Positions 37,871 to 49,213 of a DNA stretch of 64,000 nucleotides are shown one piece after another. The position numbers and the translations under genes are program-made. Source of the stretch: Bacillota bacterium (GTDB lineage Bacteria; Bacillota; Limnochordia; Limnochordales; Limnochordaceae); the NCBI GenBank assembly GCA_017577405.1, contig PIUA01000025.1:5525-69524 (forward strand). Direction: 5' to 3'. The notes beneath the pieces are model-generated. The model saw only the letters and a program-made list of their open reading frames with translations. It searched no databases and was not told where the DNA came from. Position 1 is the stretch's first letter. The number at the start of each line of letters is the position of its first letter.

Positions 37871-39670
37871 ATGACGGCGATCGAACGCCTTCGCAACTTC
37901 TGTATCATTGCCCACATCGACCACGGCAAGTCCACCCTCGCAGACCGCCTCCTGGAGGTGACGGAGACCGTCGAAGCCCGACGGATGACCGACCAGGTGC
38001 TGGACTCCATGGATCTGGAGCGGGAGCGGGGCATCACCATCAAGATGCAGGCCGTCCGCCTCCACTACCGGCGGCCCAACGGGGAGGAGTACGTTCTCAA
38101 CCTCATCGACACCCCGGGCCACGTGGACTTCTCCTATGAGGTCTCCCGGAGCCTGGCCGCCTGCGAGGGAGCCCTCCTGGTGATCGACGCCTCCCAGGGG
38201 ATTGAGGCGCAGACCCTGGCCAACCTCTACCTGGCCCTGGAGCACGACCTGGAGATCATCCCCGTCATCAACAAGATCGACTTGCCCAACGCCGATCCCG
38301 ACCGGGTCCTCCGGGAGCTGGAGGAGAGCGTGGGGCTCGATGCCTCCGGCGCCCTGCTGGTGAGCGCCAAGACGGGCCAAGGGGTGCCGGAGGTGCTGGA
38401 GGCCATCGTGGAGCGGATCCCGCCGCCTCAGGGCAACCCGGATACGCCCCTGCGGGCCTTGGTCTTCGACTCCCACTTTGACAGCTACCGGGGCGTGGTC
38501 GCCTACATCCGGGTGAAGGACGGCCTCCTCCGCCGGGGGGATGAGATCCTCCTCATGCAGTCGGGGAAGACCTTTGAGGTGAGCGAGCTGGCCGTCTTCC
38601 GGCCCAACCTGGTGCCCGTGGAGGAGCTCCGGGCGGGGGAAGTGGGCGCGGTGATGGCCAGCATGAAAGACGTAACCGACTGCCGGGTGGGGGACACGGT
38701 CACCCTGGCCGGCCGCCCGGCCGAAGAGCCCCTCCCGGGGTACGAGCCGGCCAAGCCCATGGTCTTCTGCGGCCTCTACCCCGTGGACAATGACGCCTTC
38801 GAGGACCTGCGGGCGGCCCTGGCCAAGCTCCAGCTGAACGATGCCGCCTTGCTTTACGAGCCGGAGACGTCGGCCGCGCTGGGCTTCGGCTTCCGCTGTG
38901 GCTTCTTGGGTCTGCTCCACATGGAGATCATCCAGGAGCGGCTGGAGCGGGAGTTCGGCCTGGAGCTGGTCACCACCGCCCCCAGCGTCGTCTACCGGGT
39001 GGTGGACCGGCAGGGCCAGGTCCATGAGGTGCGGAACCCCGAGGAGCTGCCCGACCCCGCCCGGATCCAGGAGATCCAGGAGCCGTACGTGCTGGCCACC
39101 ATCTTGACGCCGGAGGAGTACATCGGGCCGGTGATGGAGCTCTGCCAGGAGCGCCGGGGCGAGTTCGTCACCATGGAGTACCTGGGGCCCGAGCGGGCCC
39201 GGCTGGAGTACCGGCTGCCTCTGGCCGAGATCCTGATGGAGTTCTTCGACCGGCTCAAGTCCCGGACCCGGGGCTACGCCTCCCTCGATTACCGGTTCGA
39301 TGGGTACCGGCCGTCCAACCTGGTCAAGCTGGAGATCTTGATCAACGGCAAGCCTGTCGACGCCCTGTCGGCCATCGTCCACCGGGAGAAGGCCTACGAG
39401 CGGGGCCGCCAGCTGACCCAGAAGCTGAAGGAGCTCATCCCCCGCCAGCTCTTCGAGGTGCCCATCCAAGCGGCCATCGGGGGGCGGATCATCGCCCGGG
39501 AGACGGTGAAGGCCATCCGGAAGGACGTGCTGGCCAAATGCTACGGGGGCGACGTCACCCGGAAGCGGAAGCTCCTGGAGAAGCAGAAGGAAGGCAAGCG
39601 GCGCATGAAGCAGCTGGGCAACGTGGAGGTGCCGCAGGAGGCCTTCATGGCCGTCCTGCGCATCGATTGA
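37871..39670 (+). CDS. lepA: Elongation factor 4 (LepA)
   Basis: [38 protein letters not shown] and [18 protein letters not shown]. Confidence 0.98.
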   Translation: MTAIERLRNFCIIAHIDHGKSTLADRLLEVTETVEARRMTDQVLDSMDLERERGITIKMQAVRLHYRRPNGEEYVLNLIDTPGHVDFSYEVSRSLAACEGALLVIDASQGIEAQTLANLYLALEHDLEIIPVINKIDLPNADPDRVLRELEESVGLDASGALLVSAKTGQGVPEVLEAIVERIPPPQGNPDTPLRALVFDSHFDSYRGVVAYIRVKDGLLRRGDEILLMQSGKTFEVSELAVFRPNLVPVEELRAGEVGAVMASMKDVTDCRVGDTVTLAGRPAEEPLPGYEPAKPMVFCGLYPVDNDAFEDLRAALAKLQLNDAALLYEPETSAALGFGFRCGFLGLLHMEIIQERLEREFGLELVTTAPSVVYRVVDRQGQVHEVRNPEELPDPARIQEIQEPYVLATILTPEEYIGPVMELCQERRGEFVTMEYLGPERARLEYRLPLAEILMEFFDRLKSRTRGYASLDYRFDGYRPSNLVKLEILINGKPVDALSAIVHREKAYERGRQLTQKLKELIPRQLFEVPIQAAIGGRIIARETVKAIRKDVLAKCYGGDVTRKRKLLEKQKEGKRRMKQLGNVEVPQEAFMAVLRID

Positions 39671-40833
39671 GCCGGGGCCTCTACGTCCACATCCCCTTCT
39701 GCATCCGGAAGTGCTACTACTGCGACTTCAACTCCTTCCGCCTGCGGGGCCCTGAACGGGACCATTTCCTCGATCTCTTGGAGCAGGAGGCGGACCGGTG
39801 GGCCGCCCGCCTGGAGGCCGCAGGCGGCGTGCCCGTCTTGGACACCCTCTACGTGGGCGGCGGCACCCCCACCACCCTGGAGGCCGGGCAGCTAGCCCGG
39901 CTCTTCGGCGCCCTCCGGCAGCGCTTCCCCCTGGCCCCCCAGGCGGAGATCACCGTCGAAGCCAACCCGGGAACCCTCACCCTGGAGAAGCTGGCCGCGC
40001 TCCGGGAGGCGGGGGTGAACCGCCTCTCCTTGGGGGCCCAGGTCTTCGACGACGGGCTCCTCCGCCGGCTGGGGCGGGAGCACGACGCCGCCGCGATTGA
40101 AACCAGCGTCGCCCTGGCCCGGGAGGCGGGGATCCCTTCCCTCAACCTGGATTTGATCTTCGCCCTGCCCGGCCAAGACCTGAGGGGCTGGCGGGCCACC
40201 CTCCAGCGGGCTCTGGCCCTGGAGCCCGATCACCTCTCCTGTTACAGCCTCATCATCGAGGAAGGGACGCCCTTCTACCGCTGGCACCAGATGGGCCGGC
40301 TCCCCAGGCCCGATGAGGAGGAGGAGCTGGCCATGTACCAGGCCGCCATCGAGGCGGCGGAAGGCGCGGGGCTGGCCCAGTACGAGATCTCCAACTTCGC
40401 CCGCCCGGGCCACCAGAGCCGGCACAACCTGATCTACTGGCGGAACCAGCCGTACCTGGGCCTGGGGCCTGGGGCCCACAGCTGGTGGGAAGGGGTCCGC
40501 CGGGCGAACCTGGGGCCCCTGCCTGCGTACGAGGCGGCCCTGCAGGCGGGCCGGCTCCCCCTGGAGCGGGAGGAGCCCATCAGCCGGGCCTTGGAGATGG
40601 ACGAGACCATGTTCCTGGGGCTCCGCCTGACCCGGGAAGGGGTGGACCGGGCCGCCTTCCGGGCCCGGTTCGGGACGGAGCCCGAAGCCGTCTATGGCCT
40701 GGCGATTGACCGGTTGGTCCGCCTGGGCCTGCTGGAGGCGGACGCCCACCGGATCCGGCTGACCCGCCAGGGGGTGCCCGTGGCCAATCAGGTCTTCCTC
40801 GCCTTCCTCCGGACGGTGCCAACGGCCGTCTGA
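39667..40833 (+). CDS. hemW: Radical SAM heme chaperone HemW (HemN-like)
   Basis: [29 protein letters not shown] and HNLIYW. TTG start overlaps the lepA stop. Confidence 0.93.
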   Translation: MSRGLYVHIPFCIRKCYYCDFNSFRLRGPERDHFLDLLEQEADRWAARLEAAGGVPVLDTLYVGGGTPTTLEAGQLARLFGALRQRFPLAPQAEITVEANPGTLTLEKLAALREAGVNRLSLGAQVFDDGLLRRLGREHDAAAIETSVALAREAGIPSLNLDLIFALPGQDLRGWRATLQRALALEPDHLSCYSLIIEEGTPFYRWHQMGRLPRPDEEEELAMYQAAIEAAEGAGLAQYEISNFARPGHQSRHNLIYWRNQPYLGLGPGAHSWWEGVRRANLGPLPAYEAALQAGRLPLEREEPISRALEMDETMFLGLRLTREGVDRAAFRARFGTEPEAVYGLAIDRLVRLGLLEADAHRIRLTRQGVPVANQVFLAFLRTVPTAV

Positions 40834-40857
40834 GGCGGCTTGGCGGGCCTCTCCGCC

Positions 40858-40886
40858 TTGACAGGGGGAGGGCCGAGTGCTATGCT
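40858..40886 (+). promoter_or_regulatory. SigA promoter of the hrcA-dnaK operon
   Basis: TTGACA, 17 bp, TATGCT with extended TG. Confidence 0.85.
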
Positions 40887-40898
40887 GCCCCTAGCACG

Positions 40899-40925
40899 TT
40901 AGCACTCGCCGGTCGCAAGTGCTAG
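40899..40925. promoter_or_regulatory. CIRCE element (HrcA operator)
   Basis: TTAGCACTC-N9-AAGTGCTAG versus consensus TTAGCACTC-N9-GAGTGCTAA. Confidence 0.92.
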
Positions 40926-40942
40926 CAGAGGGTGAGTCCGTC

Positions 40943-41968
40943 GTGGATCAGCGCAAGATGCGCATCCTTCAGGCGGTGACCGACGACTACATCCTCACCG
41001 CGGAACCGGTGGGATCCCGAACCATTGCCCGGAAGTACAGCCTGGGGGTCTCCCCAGCCACCATCCGGAACGAGATGGCCGACCTGGAGGAGCTCGGTTA
41101 CCTGCAGCAGCCGCACGCTTCGGCAGGGCGGATCCCGTCTGATTTGGGGTACCGGTATTATGTCGATGGACTCATGACCCCCGCCTCCCTCGATGAGGAG
41201 GAGCGGTGGGCCATCCAGACGGAGCTCTCCCGCCGGACGGCCATCGAGGAGCTGGTCCACTCCACCGCCCAGGTGGTCGCCTCCATGACCCGCTACGCGA
41301 GCCTGGCCGTGGTGCCCCGGATTGAGGACGCGATCCTGAAGCGGGTGGAGCTGATCGCCCTCGATCCCCAGGTGGTGCTGGTGGTCTTTGTGGGCATCCC
41401 AGGCCTGGTGGAGCACCGGGTGGTGGAGACCCACCGGAGCTGGACTCAGGAGGAGCTCGCCCGGGTGGAGGCGGTCCTCAACGACTGCTTGGAGGGTGTG
41501 AGTGTCCGGGATCTGGGGCGGACCCTCTACCAGCAGGTGGCCGATGTCCTGGGTGACCCGGACCTGTACGACGGCGCCGCCTCGTTGCTGGAGGACGCCC
41601 TTGCGGCCGGTGGTGACGAACGGGTCTACGTGGAGGGGGCCATCAACCTCTTCCACCAGCCCGAGTTCCGGGATGTGGACCGGCTCCGGCCGCTCTTGGA
41701 GTTCTTGGAGCAGAAGGATGCGCTCCTCAACATCCTGAGCTCCCACGGCCAGAGCGGACTCACCATCCGGATCGGCCAGGAGAATGGCCAGGGGCCGCTG
41801 GAGGGGTGCAGCCTGGTGATGGCCACCTACGAGGTGGGCGGCCAGGTGGTAGGCCAGATCGGGGTCCTGGGGCCCACCCGGCTCGAGTACAGCCGGGTGG
41901 TGGCCGTCATGCGCCTGGTGGCCGAGGAGTTGAGCCAGGCCCTGGCCCGGCGCCGCAACCGGCCGTGA
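40943..41968 (+). CDS. hrcA: Heat-inducible transcription repressor HrcA
   Basis: EPVGSR, VSPATIRNEMADLE, PHASAGRIPSD.GYRYYVD and GVLGPTR. Confidence 0.97.
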   Translation: MDQRKMRILQAVTDDYILTAEPVGSRTIARKYSLGVSPATIRNEMADLEELGYLQQPHASAGRIPSDLGYRYYVDGLMTPASLDEEERWAIQTELSRRTAIEELVHSTAQVVASMTRYASLAVVPRIEDAILKRVELIALDPQVVLVVFVGIPGLVEHRVVETHRSWTQEELARVEAVLNDCLEGVSVRDLGRTLYQQVADVLGDPDLYDGAASLLEDALAAGGDERVYVEGAINLFHQPEFRDVDRLRPLLEFLEQKDALLNILSSHGQSGLTIRIGQENGQGPLEGCSLVMATYEVGGQVVGQIGVLGPTRLEYSRVVAVMRLVAEELSQALARRRNRP

Positions 41969-42004
41969 ACCCCCGGGGTGGTCGACGTGGGAAGGTTTTT
42001 CAGG

Positions 42005-42027
42005 AAGGGTCCTGCGGGGCCCTTTTT
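42005..42027 (+). terminator. Terminator-like hairpin between hrcA and grpE
   Basis: AAGGGTCC-TGCG-GGGCCCTT-TTT. Confidence 0.55.
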
Positions 42028-42071
42028 CGTGGCGCCGCATCGGTGCGGCGGTTCTCTGTGGAGGGGAGTCT

Positions 42072-42833
42072 ATGGCCGAGCAGGCTGAGGAACGCGCCAG
42101 GATGACAGAAGAGCCGGTCACCTCGGCCGGCGGGACCGAGGCGGGCCAGCCCGCCGCGCCGTCGGAATCCGAGCCAGCCGCCGAAGGGCACGGGAAGGGG
42201 CCCGCGGGGGAGAAAGCCCAGGCGGAGGGGAGCGCCTCCGGCGGGGAGGTCGCGGCCCCGGAGGGTGAGGGCGAGGCGGAGACCGATGTGGAGGGCCTCA
42301 CCCAGGAGCTGGCCGCGGTCCGGGAGCAGTACGAGCAGGCTGAGGCGGCCCGCCAGCAGCTTTGGAACCAGTACCTCAGGCTGCAGGCCGACTTCGACAA
42401 CTACCGGAAGCGGATCCAGCGGGAGCGGGAGACGTGGCAGAATCAGGGCGCCGAGGAGGTGGTCCGCCAGCTCCTGCCGGTGGTGGACAACCTGGAGCGG
42501 GCCCTGGCCGCCGTCCCGGCGGACGGGCTCCCGGAAGGGTCGCCGGCGCAAGGTTTGGCCACCGGGGTGCGCATGGTCTACGACCAGTTCCGCTCGGTGC
42601 TGGAACAGGCGGGCCTCCAGGCGGTCGAGGCGGTCGGGCAGCCCTTCGACCCCCGGTACCACGAGGCCATGGACCGGGTGGTGGCCCCGGGCTACGAGCC
42701 CGATACGGTCGTGGAGGAGCTTCAGCGCGGGTATCTGTTCCGATCCAAGTTGATCCGGCCCAGCTTGGTGCGCGTCGCCCAGGCTGGCGAGGGGCAGGCT
42801 TCTGACGGCGAAGGAGGCAACAACGTTGGGTAA
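42072..42833 (+). CDS. grpE: Nucleotide exchange factor GrpE
   Basis: [32 protein letters not shown] and QRGY…IRPSLVRV. Confidence 0.96.
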   Translation: MAEQAEERARMTEEPVTSAGGTEAGQPAAPSESEPAAEGHGKGPAGEKAQAEGSASGGEVAAPEGEGEAETDVEGLTQELAAVREQYEQAEAARQQLWNQYLRLQADFDNYRKRIQRERETWQNQGAEEVVRQLLPVVDNLERALAAVPADGLPEGSPAQGLATGVRMVYDQFRSVLEQAGLQAVEAVGQPFDPRYHEAMDRVVAPGYEPDTVVEELQRGYLFRSKLIRPSLVRVAQAGEGQASDGEGGNNVG

Positions 42834-44676
42834 GGTCGTAGGCATCGACCTGGGGACGACCAACTCGGTGGTGGCGGTCCTGGAGGGCGGCGAGCCGGTG
42901 GTCATCGCCAACTCCGAGGGGAGCCGCACCACCCCGTCGGTGGTCGCCTTCACCAAGGACGGCGAGCGCCTGGTGGGCCAGGTGGCCAAGCGCCAGGCGG
43001 TGACCAACCCGGAGCGGACCATCATGTCCATCAAGCGGCGGATGGGCACCGACTACCGGGTGGAGATCGACGGCAAGCGGTACTCTCCCGAGGAGATCTC
43101 GGCCATGGTGCTGAGCAAGCTGAAGGCCGACGCGGAGAGCTACCTGGGCGAGCCGGTCACCCAGGCGGTCATCACGGTCCCGGCCTACTTCACCGACGCT
43201 CAGCGCCAGGCCACCAAGGATGCCGGCCGCATCGCGGGCCTGGAGGTGCTCCGGATCATCAACGAGCCCACCGCGGCCGCGCTGGCCTACGGCCTGGACA
43301 AGGAGCAGAACCAGATCATCGCCGTCTATGACCTGGGTGGGGGGACCTTCGACATCTCCATCCTGGAGCTGGGTGATGGTGTCTTCGAGGTGAAGGCGAC
43401 CAGCGGGAACAACCACCTGGGCGGGGACGACTTCGACCAGCGGATTGTGGACTGGATGGTGGAGGAGTTCCGGAAGGAGCATGGGATCGACCTCCGGGAG
43501 GACCGGATGGCCATGCAGCGGCTCCGGGAGGCGGCCGAGAAGGCCAAGATTGAGCTGTCGGGGCTCCAGCAGACCACCATCAACCTGCCCTTCATCAGCG
43601 CGGGTCCCAACGGCCCGCTCCACCTGGACCTCACCCTGACCCGGGCCCAGTTCAACCAGATGACCCGGGACTTGGTGGAGGCGACCCTGGGGCCGGTCCG
43701 CCAGGCCCTGGCCGACGCCGGCTTGCAGCCCCATCAGGTGGACCGGGTGCTCCTGGTGGGCGGGTCCACCCGGATTCCGGCGGTCCAGGAGGCGGTGCGG
43801 GACCTCTTCGGCAAGGAGCCGCACAAGGGGATCAACCCCGATGAATGCGTGGCCCTGGGGGCGGCCATCCAGGCAGGGGTCCTGGCCGGCGAGGTGCGGG
43901 ATGTGGTCCTGCTCGACGTGACGCCCCTCTCTCTGGGCATTGAGACCTTGGGTGGCGTTTTCACCAAGCTGATTGAGCGGAACACCACCATCCCCACCAG
44001 CAAGAAGCAGATCTTCAGCACCGCGGCGGACAACCAGACGACGGTGGAGATCCACGTCCTCCAGGGTGAGCGGCCCATGGCGGCCGACAACATCACCCTG
44101 GGCCGGTTCCAGCTGACGGGCATCCCGCCCGCGCCCCGGGGCGTGCCCCAGATCGAGGTGAGCTTTGACATCGACGCCAACGGCATCGTCCACGTGTCGG
44201 CCAAGGATCTGGGGACCGGGAAGCAGCAGAGCATCACCATCACCTCCCGCGGCAGCCTGAGCGAGGAAGAGATCCAGCGGATGGTGGAGGAGAGCCAGCG
44301 GTACGCCGAAGAGGACAAGAAGAAGAAGGAGCTGGCGGAGCAGCGGAACGCGGCCGACACCCTCATCTACACCGCGGAGAAGAGCCTGAAGGACCTGGGT
44401 GACAAGGTGAGGGCCGAGGAGCGGGAGCGGATCAACGGCGCCATCGAAGAGCTCCGGAAGGTGATGGGCCAGGACGACGTGGAGGCCATCAAGGCCAAGC
44501 AGGAGGCCTTGAGCCAGGCCCTCTACCAGGTGACCACCCGGATCTACCAGAGCCAGGGTCCGTCGGGGGCCGACGGGGCCGCGGGTCAGGCCCAGCAAGC
44601 CCAGGAGGACCCGAACGTGGTCGATGCGGAGTACCAGGTCAAGGATGAGCCCAAGGCTGACGAGAAAGGTGCCTGA
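42826..44676 (+). CDS. dnaK: Chaperone DnaK
   Basis: [34 protein letters not shown] and GVPQIEV. Confidence 0.99.
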   Translation: MGKVVGIDLGTTNSVVAVLEGGEPVVIANSEGSRTTPSVVAFTKDGERLVGQVAKRQAVTNPERTIMSIKRRMGTDYRVEIDGKRYSPEEISAMVLSKLKADAESYLGEPVTQAVITVPAYFTDAQRQATKDAGRIAGLEVLRIINEPTAAALAYGLDKEQNQIIAVYDLGGGTFDISILELGDGVFEVKATSGNNHLGGDDFDQRIVDWMVEEFRKEHGIDLREDRMAMQRLREAAEKAKIELSGLQQTTINLPFISAGPNGPLHLDLTLTRAQFNQMTRDLVEATLGPVRQALADAGLQPHQVDRVLLVGGSTRIPAVQEAVRDLFGKEPHKGINPDECVALGAAIQAGVLAGEVRDVVLLDVTPLSLGIETLGGVFTKLIERNTTIPTSKKQIFSTAADNQTTVEIHVLQGERPMAADNITLGRFQLTGIPPAPRGVPQIEVSFDIDANGIVHVSAKDLGTGKQQSITITSRGSLSEEEIQRMVEESQRYAEEDKKKKELAEQRNAADTLIYTAEKSLKDLGDKVRAEERERINGAIEELRKVMGQDDVEAIKAKQEALSQALYQVTTRIYQSQGPSGADGAAGQAQQAQEDPNVVDAEYQVKDEPKADEKGA

Positions 44677-44681
44677 ACCGG

Positions 44682-45833
44682 ATGCCCGGGAAGCGGGACT
44701 ACTATGAGGTGCTGGGCGTCGACCGGTCGGCGACGGCCGACGAGATCAAGAAGGCGTACCGCCGGCTGGCACGCCAGTACCACCCTGACGTGAACAAAGC
44801 GCCCGACGCGGCGGAGAAGTTCAAGGAGGCGACCGAGGCCTACGAGGTCCTCTCCGACCCGGAGAAGCGGGCGGCGTACGACCGGTTCGGCCACGCCGCC
44901 TTCGAGGGTCCCGCCGGCGGCGGGGGCGCCGGCGCCGGCGGGGGCGGCTTCGATCCCTTCGGCGGCTTCGCCGATCTGGGCTTCGAAGACATCTTCGACG
45001 CCTTCTTCGGCGGCGGCGGGCGGCGCCGGGCCCGGGGGCCCGTCCGGGGCGCCGACCTCCGGTACGATCTGGAGCTGGACTTTGAGGAGGCGGCCTTCGG
45101 CATCGAGACGGAGATCTCGGTGCCCCGGGTGGAGGTCTGTCCCCACTGCCACGGGAACAAGGCGGAGCCCGGCACCCCCATCCGGACCTGCCCCGAGTGT
45201 GGTGGGACGGGTGAGGTGCGGCGGGTGCAGCAGACGCCCCTGGGGCGGCTGGTCAACGTCCACACCTGCCCCCGCTGCCGGGGCGAGGGCCAGACCGTCG
45301 AGACCGCCTGCCGGGAGTGCCGGGGCGCGGGCGTGGTCCGCCGCACCCGCCGGATCCGGGTGAAGGTGCCGGCGGGGATCGAAGACGGGCAGCGCATCCG
45401 GCTGGCCGGCGAAGGGGAGGCGGGCGAGCGGGGCGGGCCCCCGGGGGACCTGTACGTCTTCGTCACCGTCCGTCCCCACCCGTTCTTCCGCCGGGAAGGG
45501 CGCGACATCCACTGCGAGGTTCCCATCAGCTTCGTGCAGGCGGCCTTGGGCGATGAGATTGAAGTCCCCACCTTGGAGGGGACGGCCACCCTCAAGATCC
45601 CTGAAGGCACCCAGACGGGGACCGTCTTCCGCATGCGGGGGAAGGGCGTGCCCGATGTACGGGGTTTCGGCCGGGGCGATCAGTACGTCACGGTGAAGGT
45701 GGTCACCCCCACCCACCTGACCGACGAGCAGCGGGACCTCTTGCGCCGGTTCGCCCGGGCCGGCGGCGAGCAGCCGCAAGGGGAGCGGGGCTTCTTCAAC
45801 CGGATGCGGGATGCCTTCCGAAAGGCGGAGTAA
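44682..45833 (+). CDS. dnaJ: Chaperone DnaJ
   Basis: J domain with HPD, G/F region and four CxxCxGx(G/K) repeats. Confidence 0.98.
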   Translation: MPGKRDYYEVLGVDRSATADEIKKAYRRLARQYHPDVNKAPDAAEKFKEATEAYEVLSDPEKRAAYDRFGHAAFEGPAGGGGAGAGGGGFDPFGGFADLGFEDIFDAFFGGGGRRRARGPVRGADLRYDLELDFEEAAFGIETEISVPRVEVCPHCHGNKAEPGTPIRTCPECGGTGEVRRVQQTPLGRLVNVHTCPRCRGEGQTVETACRECRGAGVVRRTRRIRVKVPAGIEDGQRIRLAGEGEAGERGGPPGDLYVFVTVRPHPFFRREGRDIHCEVPISFVQAALGDEIEVPTLEGTATLKIPEGTQTGTVFRMRGKGVPDVRGFGRGDQYVTVKVVTPTHLTDEQRDLLRRFARAGGEQPQGERGFFNRMRDAFRKAE

Positions 45834-45834
45834 G

Positions 45835-46731
45835 ATGGGAGCCGGGTGGATCCGCTGGCAAGTGGAGGTGGCCCCCGAGGCCGAAGAGGTGGCGGCCGAG
45901 GGCCTGCGGGCCCTGGGGGCCGCCGGGACCGAGCACCAGGGAAGCCCGGACGGTGCCGTCCGGGTCGTCGCCTACTTTCCCGCCGAGAGGGCTCCCAGCC
46001 CGGAGCACGATTTTGCCCACCTTCAGGAACGGCTGGCCGCCTCAGGGCTGCAGCCCTGGCCGGCCCGGCTTCACCAAGAGGCCGTCGATGATGAGGATTG
46101 GGCCGAGCGCTGGAAAGAGCACTTTCCCCCGATGCAGATCGGCCGGCTCTGGATCCGCCCCAGCTGGGAAGCCGGGGAGCCTCCCCCCGGCACCCAGACC
46201 CTCGTCCTCGACCCCGGCCTGGCCTTCGGCACCGGGACCCATCCCACGACCCGCCTCTGCCTGAAGGGCTTGCAGCGGTACTTGGCTTCTGGCGATGTGG
46301 TGGCCGATGTGGGGACAGGCTCAGGGATCCTGGCCATGGGCGCTGCCCTCCTGGGAGCCCGGCGGGTGGTGGCCGTCGACGTGGACCCCATCGCCGTCCG
46401 GGTGGCCCGGGAGAACGTGGAGCGCAACCGGCTCCAGTGGGCGGTGACGGTACTGGAGGGGAGTACCGAGGTGGCCGAGCGGGCCGTCCGGGCGGTCCAG
46501 CCCGGGGGAGCCCAGCTGGTGGTGGCCAATCTGCTCACCTCGATCCTGGTCGAGCTGGCCCCCACCTTGGTCCCCATCCTGGCTCCCGGGGGCGTGCTCC
46601 TCGCCTCCGGGATTGCCGCGGGCCAAGAGGGAGCGGTGGAGGCCGCCTTCAGGGAGGTGGGGCTGGAGGTGGCCGGGCGGGAGCTGGAGGAGGCGTGGGT
46701 GCTGGTGGTCGCGAGGCGCCCAAGAGGCTAG
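45835..46731 (+). CDS. prmA: Ribosomal protein L11 methyltransferase
   Basis: DWAERWK, DPGLAFGTGTHPTT, DVGTGSGIL and VVANL; follows dnaJ. Confidence 0.95.
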   Translation: MGAGWIRWQVEVAPEAEEVAAEGLRALGAAGTEHQGSPDGAVRVVAYFPAERAPSPEHDFAHLQERLAASGLQPWPARLHQEAVDDEDWAERWKEHFPPMQIGRLWIRPSWEAGEPPPGTQTLVLDPGLAFGTGTHPTTRLCLKGLQRYLASGDVVADVGTGSGILAMGAALLGARRVVAVDVDPIAVRVARENVERNRLQWAVTVLEGSTEVAERAVRAVQPGGAQLVVANLLTSILVELAPTLVPILAPGGVLLASGIAAGQEGAVEAAFREVGLEVAGRELEEAWVLVVARRPRG

Positions 46732-46758
46732 TGAACGGGCTTTGCCCCGCCCTTCCCG

Positions 46759-46787
46759 TTGACACTTTCTGGGCGGATTGGTATAGT
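46759..46787 (+). promoter_or_regulatory. Near-consensus SigA promoter of the MMPL operon
   Basis: TTGACA, 17 bp, TATAGT with extended TG. Confidence 0.82.
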
Positions 46788-46856
46788 TGCCCCGTGTAGC
46801 ATGACGACGAGGGGCCGGTCAGCGTTGGCCGGAGCCGGTCTGGGAGGCCAGGTGCA

Positions 46857-49208
46857 ATGGAACGCGTGGGTCGGTGGGTCGCCTCGCACCCCCGGTGGGT
46901 GATCGGGGCGATTGTGCTCCTTTCAGCGGCCTGCGCGAGCCTTCTTCCCCGGATCGGCTACAGCGCGGACCTGGGGGCTATGATCCCCCAGGGCGATCCC
47001 GTCATCGAGGCCCTCAACCAGACCGCGGTCGACTTCAGCAACGAAAGCGTCCTGATCATCCTCTACGCCGCGGAGGATGTTTTCCGGCCCGAGGCGTTGG
47101 CTCAAGTGGATCGCGTCGCCCAGCAGCTCGCCACCATCCCCGGGGTAGCCGGGTTGGTGACGCCCCTCAACATGCCCCTGGTCCGGGCCAGCGACTGGGG
47201 GATCGAGATCGAGCCGGCGGCCAGCTCCGTCCCCCGGACGGCCGCGGAAGCCGCCACCTTTCGGGACCGGCTCTTCTCATCGCCCCAAGGCCGGCAGGTG
47301 GCCGCCCCCGACGGCCAAGCCCTGGCCCTCCTGGTCGCCGTCGATCCCGCCTACCAGGGCTCTTCTGAGCGGTACCAGGGGCTCATCCGCCGGATCGAAG
47401 AGGTCTTGACCCAAGCCGGCGAAGGCCAGTGGTACCTGGCGGGCGATGGCTACATGGGGGCGTACGCCGAGCGGGTCATCTACCGGGATCTGCGGGTGCT
47501 CCTCCCCCTGGCGGCCCTGGTGGTCTTCCTCATCCTGCTGGGGGCCTTCCGGACGCCCTGGGGCATCCTGCTCCCCTTGGGTTCCGTCTCCATCGCGGTG
47601 CTCTGGACCATGGGCCTGATGGCCTTCCTGGGGTACGAGTTCACCCTGGTCTCGATGCTGATCCCCATCATCCTCATGGCCATGGGGAGCGCGGCGGGGA
47701 TCCACGTGATGAACCGGTTCTATGAGGAGGTGGGCCGGGGGCTCTCCCAGCGGGAGGCCATCGAGCTGACCATGACCGAGATCACCCGGCCCGTGGTGAT
47801 GACCGCCCTCACCACCGCGGCGGGCTTTGCCTCCCTGCTCACCTCCTACGTCCAGCCCATCCGGGAGTTCGCCCTCTTCTCGGCCATTGGCATCCTGTTC
47901 GCGATGGTGGTGACCCTTACCTTCATCCCGGCGGTCTTGGTCCTCCGGCCGGTTCCGGCCCGGCAGCAGGGCGGCAGCCTCCGGTCGGGTCTCTGGGCCC
48001 GGCTGGTGGCGCCGGTGGCCCGGGCCTGCGCCCGGCGGCCCCTGGCGGTGGTCGGGGCGGGCGTGGTGGTGTTGGTGGTCAGCCTGGTGGGGGTGCCCCG
48101 GCTGGAGGTGGAGACCAACCTGGTCTCGTACTTCCGGCCCGACAGCCCCGTCGTCCGGGGGACCCGTCTGGCCGAGCAGTTCTTGGGCGGGACGACGCCC
48201 ATCTCGGTGGTGATCGACACGGGCGTTCCCGACGGGGTGAAGGAGCCTGAGATCCTCCGCCGGCTGGCCGCCTTGGAGGCGGACCTGGCGGCCATGCCGG
48301 AGGTGAGCCAGCCCCTCTCCCTGGCGGGCGTGGTCGCCCAGGTGCACCAGGCCTTGAACGGCGACGATCCCGACGCCTACCGGATCCCCGACAGCCGGGA
48401 GGCGGTGGCCCAGGAGCTCCTCCTCTTCGACTTCGCGGGCGGGGTGAGCCTTGACGGGTTGGTGAGCTACGACTACCAGAAGACCCGCCTGGTGGCCCGT
48501 ATCGCCAATGTGGGCACCGCCGATCTGGCCCGGATCATCGGCCAGATCGAAGAGGCGGCCCGGGCCCGGTTCGCGGGCACGGGGATCGAGCCGGTGGTGG
48601 TGGGGACGGCTCAAGTGGTCCTCCGGCTGGCCGAACACTTCACCGGGGGGCAAATCAGCAGCATGAGCTGGGCGGCGGGGACGGTCTGGGCCATCGTTGC
48701 CGTGTTTCTCGGCTCGCCGCTCCTCGCGCTCTTCTGCCTGATTCCGCTCCTCTTGACCGTGGCGGTCTCCTTCGGGGTGATGGGGTACGGCGGCGTGCCC
48801 CTGGACATGGTGACCACCATGGTGGCCAGCCTCGCCATCGGCATCGGCGTGGACTACTCCATCCACCTGGTGAGCCGTTACCGCCAGGAACTGAACCGCG
48901 GGGTGGCGAAAGGCGAGGCTATGGCCCGAACCTTGGCGGGCACAGGCCGGGGCGTGATGGTGAACGCGCTCACCCTGGCCGCGGGGTTTGTGGTCTTGCT
49001 CGTCTCCAGCCTGCAGGCCACCGCGATCTTGGGGTGGCTCCTGGCCCTGACCATGGTGGTCAGTTCGGTGGGCGCCCTGACGGTGCTCGCCGCGGTCTTG
49101 GGACTCTTGCCCGAGGGCTGGGTGCGGGCACGGTGGGCCCTACCGGGGCGCGCCGTGCGCGGCGGGACGGAAGGCCGGGTCCGGCGCGGGGGATCGGCTT
49201 GGAGGTGA
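46857..49208 (+). CDS. MMPL/RND-family inner-membrane transporter
   Basis: Two repeats of TM + extracytoplasmic domain + 5 TM; TALTTAAGFASL, PIREFALFSAIG and GIGVDYSIH. Confidence 0.92.
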   Translation: MERVGRWVASHPRWVIGAIVLLSAACASLLPRIGYSADLGAMIPQGDPVIEALNQTAVDFSNESVLIILYAAEDVFRPEALAQVDRVAQQLATIPGVAGLVTPLNMPLVRASDWGIEIEPAASSVPRTAAEAATFRDRLFSSPQGRQVAAPDGQALALLVAVDPAYQGSSERYQGLIRRIEEVLTQAGEGQWYLAGDGYMGAYAERVIYRDLRVLLPLAALVVFLILLGAFRTPWGILLPLGSVSIAVLWTMGLMAFLGYEFTLVSMLIPIILMAMGSAAGIHVMNRFYEEVGRGLSQREAIELTMTEITRPVVMTALTTAAGFASLLTSYVQPIREFALFSAIGILFAMVVTLTFIPAVLVLRPVPARQQGGSLRSGLWARLVAPVARACARRPLAVVGAGVVVLVVSLVGVPRLEVETNLVSYFRPDSPVVRGTRLAEQFLGGTTPISVVIDTGVPDGVKEPEILRRLAALEADLAAMPEVSQPLSLAGVVAQVHQALNGDDPDAYRIPDSREAVAQELLLFDFAGGVSLDGLVSYDYQKTRLVARIANVGTADLARIIGQIEEAARARFAGTGIEPVVVGTAQVVLRLAEHFTGGQISSMSWAAGTVWAIVAVFLGSPLLALFCLIPLLLTVAVSFGVMGYGGVPLDMVTTMVASLAIGIGVDYSIHLVSRYRQELNRGVAKGEAMARTLAGTGRGVMVNALTLAAGFVVLLVSSLQATAILGWLLALTMVVSSVGALTVLAAVLGLLPEGWVRARWALPGRAVRGGTEGRVRRGGSAWR

Positions 49209-49213
49209 CGTGG

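Noticed and set aside
42376-44598. 740-aa ORF antisense to grpE/dnaK
   Set aside because: A well-known shadow frame opposite dnaK caused by GC-biased codon usage; no independent RBS or family motifs.
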